Shown here in pieces: positions 61,581-64,000 of a stretch of DNA of 64,000 nucleotides (its first letter is position 1; each line of letters begins with the position of its first letter). A program made the translations under genes and the position numbers. The DNA is from Callorhinchus milii (lineage: Eukaryota). Location of the stretch: NCBI RefSeq assembly GCF_018977255.1, contig NW_024704743.1, positions 105,278,001 to 105,342,000 of the forward strand, written 5' to 3'. The notes under the pieces were generated by a model. That model saw only the letters and a program-made list of their open reading frames with translations. It was not told the origin of the DNA and did no database searches.

Positions 61581-63342
61581 GTCTGCCAGACATTCTGTCA
61601 GTAGCCCAATAGAAGGAAAAATTGGATAAAGGGTCCCAAATAAATCTTTTCAGTTTACACTCATTTTCGTACAAAAAAACAGCAACGGGTTTAGATGCAA
61701 AGAAAGTGTATCTACCATTGGTTAAGATCACACATTATATTCAGGCTTGTCCCAGGTATGTGAGGAATTTCAGTGCAGGATTTAATATAGAACCACTCAT
61801 AGTGCCACCAACTGACCAAATGTTGCTTTGCACGATTGTTAACAGAATTTAGCTAGATTCAATTCCATTTTTGAAAGAACCTTTAAATATTTAATATTAT
61901 TGGCACTAAGTTCCAGTTTTATCCCAGAGTTGTTGAACATTTATTTGCAGTAAGCAAATTCACAGGGCCCAGTGTAAATAGGCAAACCTTTCTGTCCTGA
62001 ATGGCAAATACTGCAATTTATTTTACATCCATGTACCAGTAAACAATTCAGCATGTACATTTTACCAGACAAGTTTAAATCAATGCACAATGTATTGCAA
62101 TGCACCATCCAAAAAGTTCAAATCAGCTACAAATCCATTGTTCTGTGAGATGTTCTCGATCAAACCACACCAAACTATACTGCTCAAGAGGAGTTCTTGA
62201 CATCAGCCATTCATTGGGCATGGGCTCAATCCTAGACCTGTCACTTAACTGATGAACAGCAAGCAACAACATGTCAGGGTGGGAGGAAGACAAGCTAAGT
62301 GGTATCTCTTGGAGGTTGAACTGTGATACACTTGGTGAAACAAAGTAAAGACAAGTCTATAATTTACATAGATTGGATTTTTTTAATACCTGAGCCAAGC
62401 AGGTTTGTACTGTAAGTGCCTTGTAGTGATAACTTACATGGCTTTAGCTGGATCAATTCCAGCAGTACCCAAATACGCACCTGGGGCCCAAATGCCTTGG
62501 CTTTGTCAACAACTCATATCAATGTTTGAGGCACAGGCAAGCAGGCTCTGTCCACATCCAGGAGAGAGCTTGGGCACTCCAGAACTGTCAAGGAGAAACT
62601 CTGTTTCTGTGACTTCTCAGCAGCTCAAGTGAAGACTTATGCATGGCAGGGGAATCTGCTCGTCAGACTTCCTTGACAAAAATAAAAGTAAAAATACCTT
62701 TGGAAAATGATTCCTATGGTATAGAGAAAATATTAAGCTCCAGCACCGAAAAAAGTTATTCATTCTTGAAGACAGGCTAAAAGGAAAACAATTATCAGGA
62801 CTCCATTTAGGAAACTGATGATTATAGCATCGGAGGAGTGAAAAACCTAATACTTCTATAAATAGAACTTCGCTGTTCTTTCTATACTGTAATTAAATCA
62901 ATTATATTTTTCTCCTAAAACAAGAATAATCTATTTTTAAAATACTAAATTGGTAGTAGAGCCAAACAGGAGGCAGAGCAAATGTGAATGCAATCAGAAG
63001 GATTTGGATCTTTTAGACAGCCAGTCTGGCAAGGCTTAATATGAGTAAGGGAAGGGGGAAAAAAAGGAAAAACAAGCAGGAACATATGCTAAGTTGAATA
63101 GACATACACAGCATTCTAATCAGAAAAAAATATCATTATAGATTATAAAAAATCAATGTATATTCTCAGTCCAATGGTTTGCTGCAGTAAAAAAAACAAA
63201 TAAGGTACTGAGTTGTCATGGCAGAGAACTAAGAGACCAAACAAAAATGTTTCATTCTTGCTGCACAACATATTGAACAGACAAACCCAGGAATATTGTA
63301 GATATCCTAATTTCAGGATGATTAAATTAGGAGTCCTGATTT

Positions 63343-63670
63343 GGAGTCCTGTAGCTCAGTAGACCTGGGTTCTATTCCCAGCAGGGGGAAATGTTGGGCA
63401 AGTTTTGTTACTCCCCAGCCTGTTTACCTAGCAGTTAGTAGGAACCCAGTTATTAGTCGATTGGAGGATCACTTTTCCAGAATTAATAATCCCTCAAAAA
63501 CAATAATAATTTGGTCACTCAATCCACCACCTGCTTGTCGGACGCTGCTGTGAACAATTGGCTTCTGTGTTTCGCTCACAAATAGTCAATTCACTTTACC
63601 GTATATTCTGTGAAGTTCTTTGAGATGTCCAGAAGACATGAAAAACATATCAAGTGCAAGGATTATTAAT
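63343..63670 (+). mobile_element. SINE, full-length type with a head deletion
   Basis: ggagtcctgtagctcagt|agacctgggttc; body and tail present. Confidence 0.85.
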
Positions 63671-64000
63671 ATTAATTTTAACCTTCAAAGGCTACACAGA
63701 CAAATCAAGATTTTAGTTATTAGAATGGAGGATACAAGAAAGGGGTAAGGAAGTTAGGTGCGCTCCCTTTGAAAAACCTGAGAGATTTTCAAGAATATTA
63801 AGTTGACCATGAGGTTGCTCTTTGCAAAATGTGGACTGATGAGGTGGATCTGAGCAAAACATCGAATATTCTGACCTATTTCAAGCAAGTTAACAAAGGA
63901 ATTCAGGAGTAAGGAGAAAAGTCAAGTTGAACATTTTTACATAGGGCAAAAGATACAAGTACTAAGTTGCCAAGAAGGTATTGAAGCAGAATGCATAAAT

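Noticed and set aside
58751..64000. Further upstream RB1CC1 exon
   Set aside because: I found no match to the expected preceding peptide (...KQELANNLHVRLK); it is probably beyond the window.

Overview
Vertebrate genomic DNA. The repeat complement is most consistent with a cartilaginous fish, probably a chimaera or elephant-shark-like lineage (inference only). The minus strand carries the 3' part of RB1CC1 (FIP200, the ULK1-complex autophagy scaffold): 15 coding exons from 58750 down to the TAA stop at 18807, all with GT-AG introns. Phases splice into one uninterrupted frame of 3439 nt (about 1145 aa), including a 1913-bp coiled-coil exon and the C-terminal Claw domain. The 5' exons lie beyond the right edge. 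The rest is intron, 3' UTR and intergenic DNA dense with decayed retroelements: L2 LINEs of at least two subfamilies, CR1 LINE fragments, about 20 copies or fragments of a tRNA(Ala)-headed SINE with a DeuSINE-like body and an L2-type tail, an RT-deleted Tx1-like element, a palindromic Penelope-type repeat with hammerhead-like motifs, and one unidentified old repeat family. I found no convincing new protein-coding system. The most notable signals are a covarying LINE/SINE 3' stem-loop with an apparent SINE loop update, the hammerhead remnants, and several templated-insertion or fold-back footprints. One footprint is a 22-bp copy of an RB1CC1 exon end wedged between a perfect palindrome and a (TA)15 tract.
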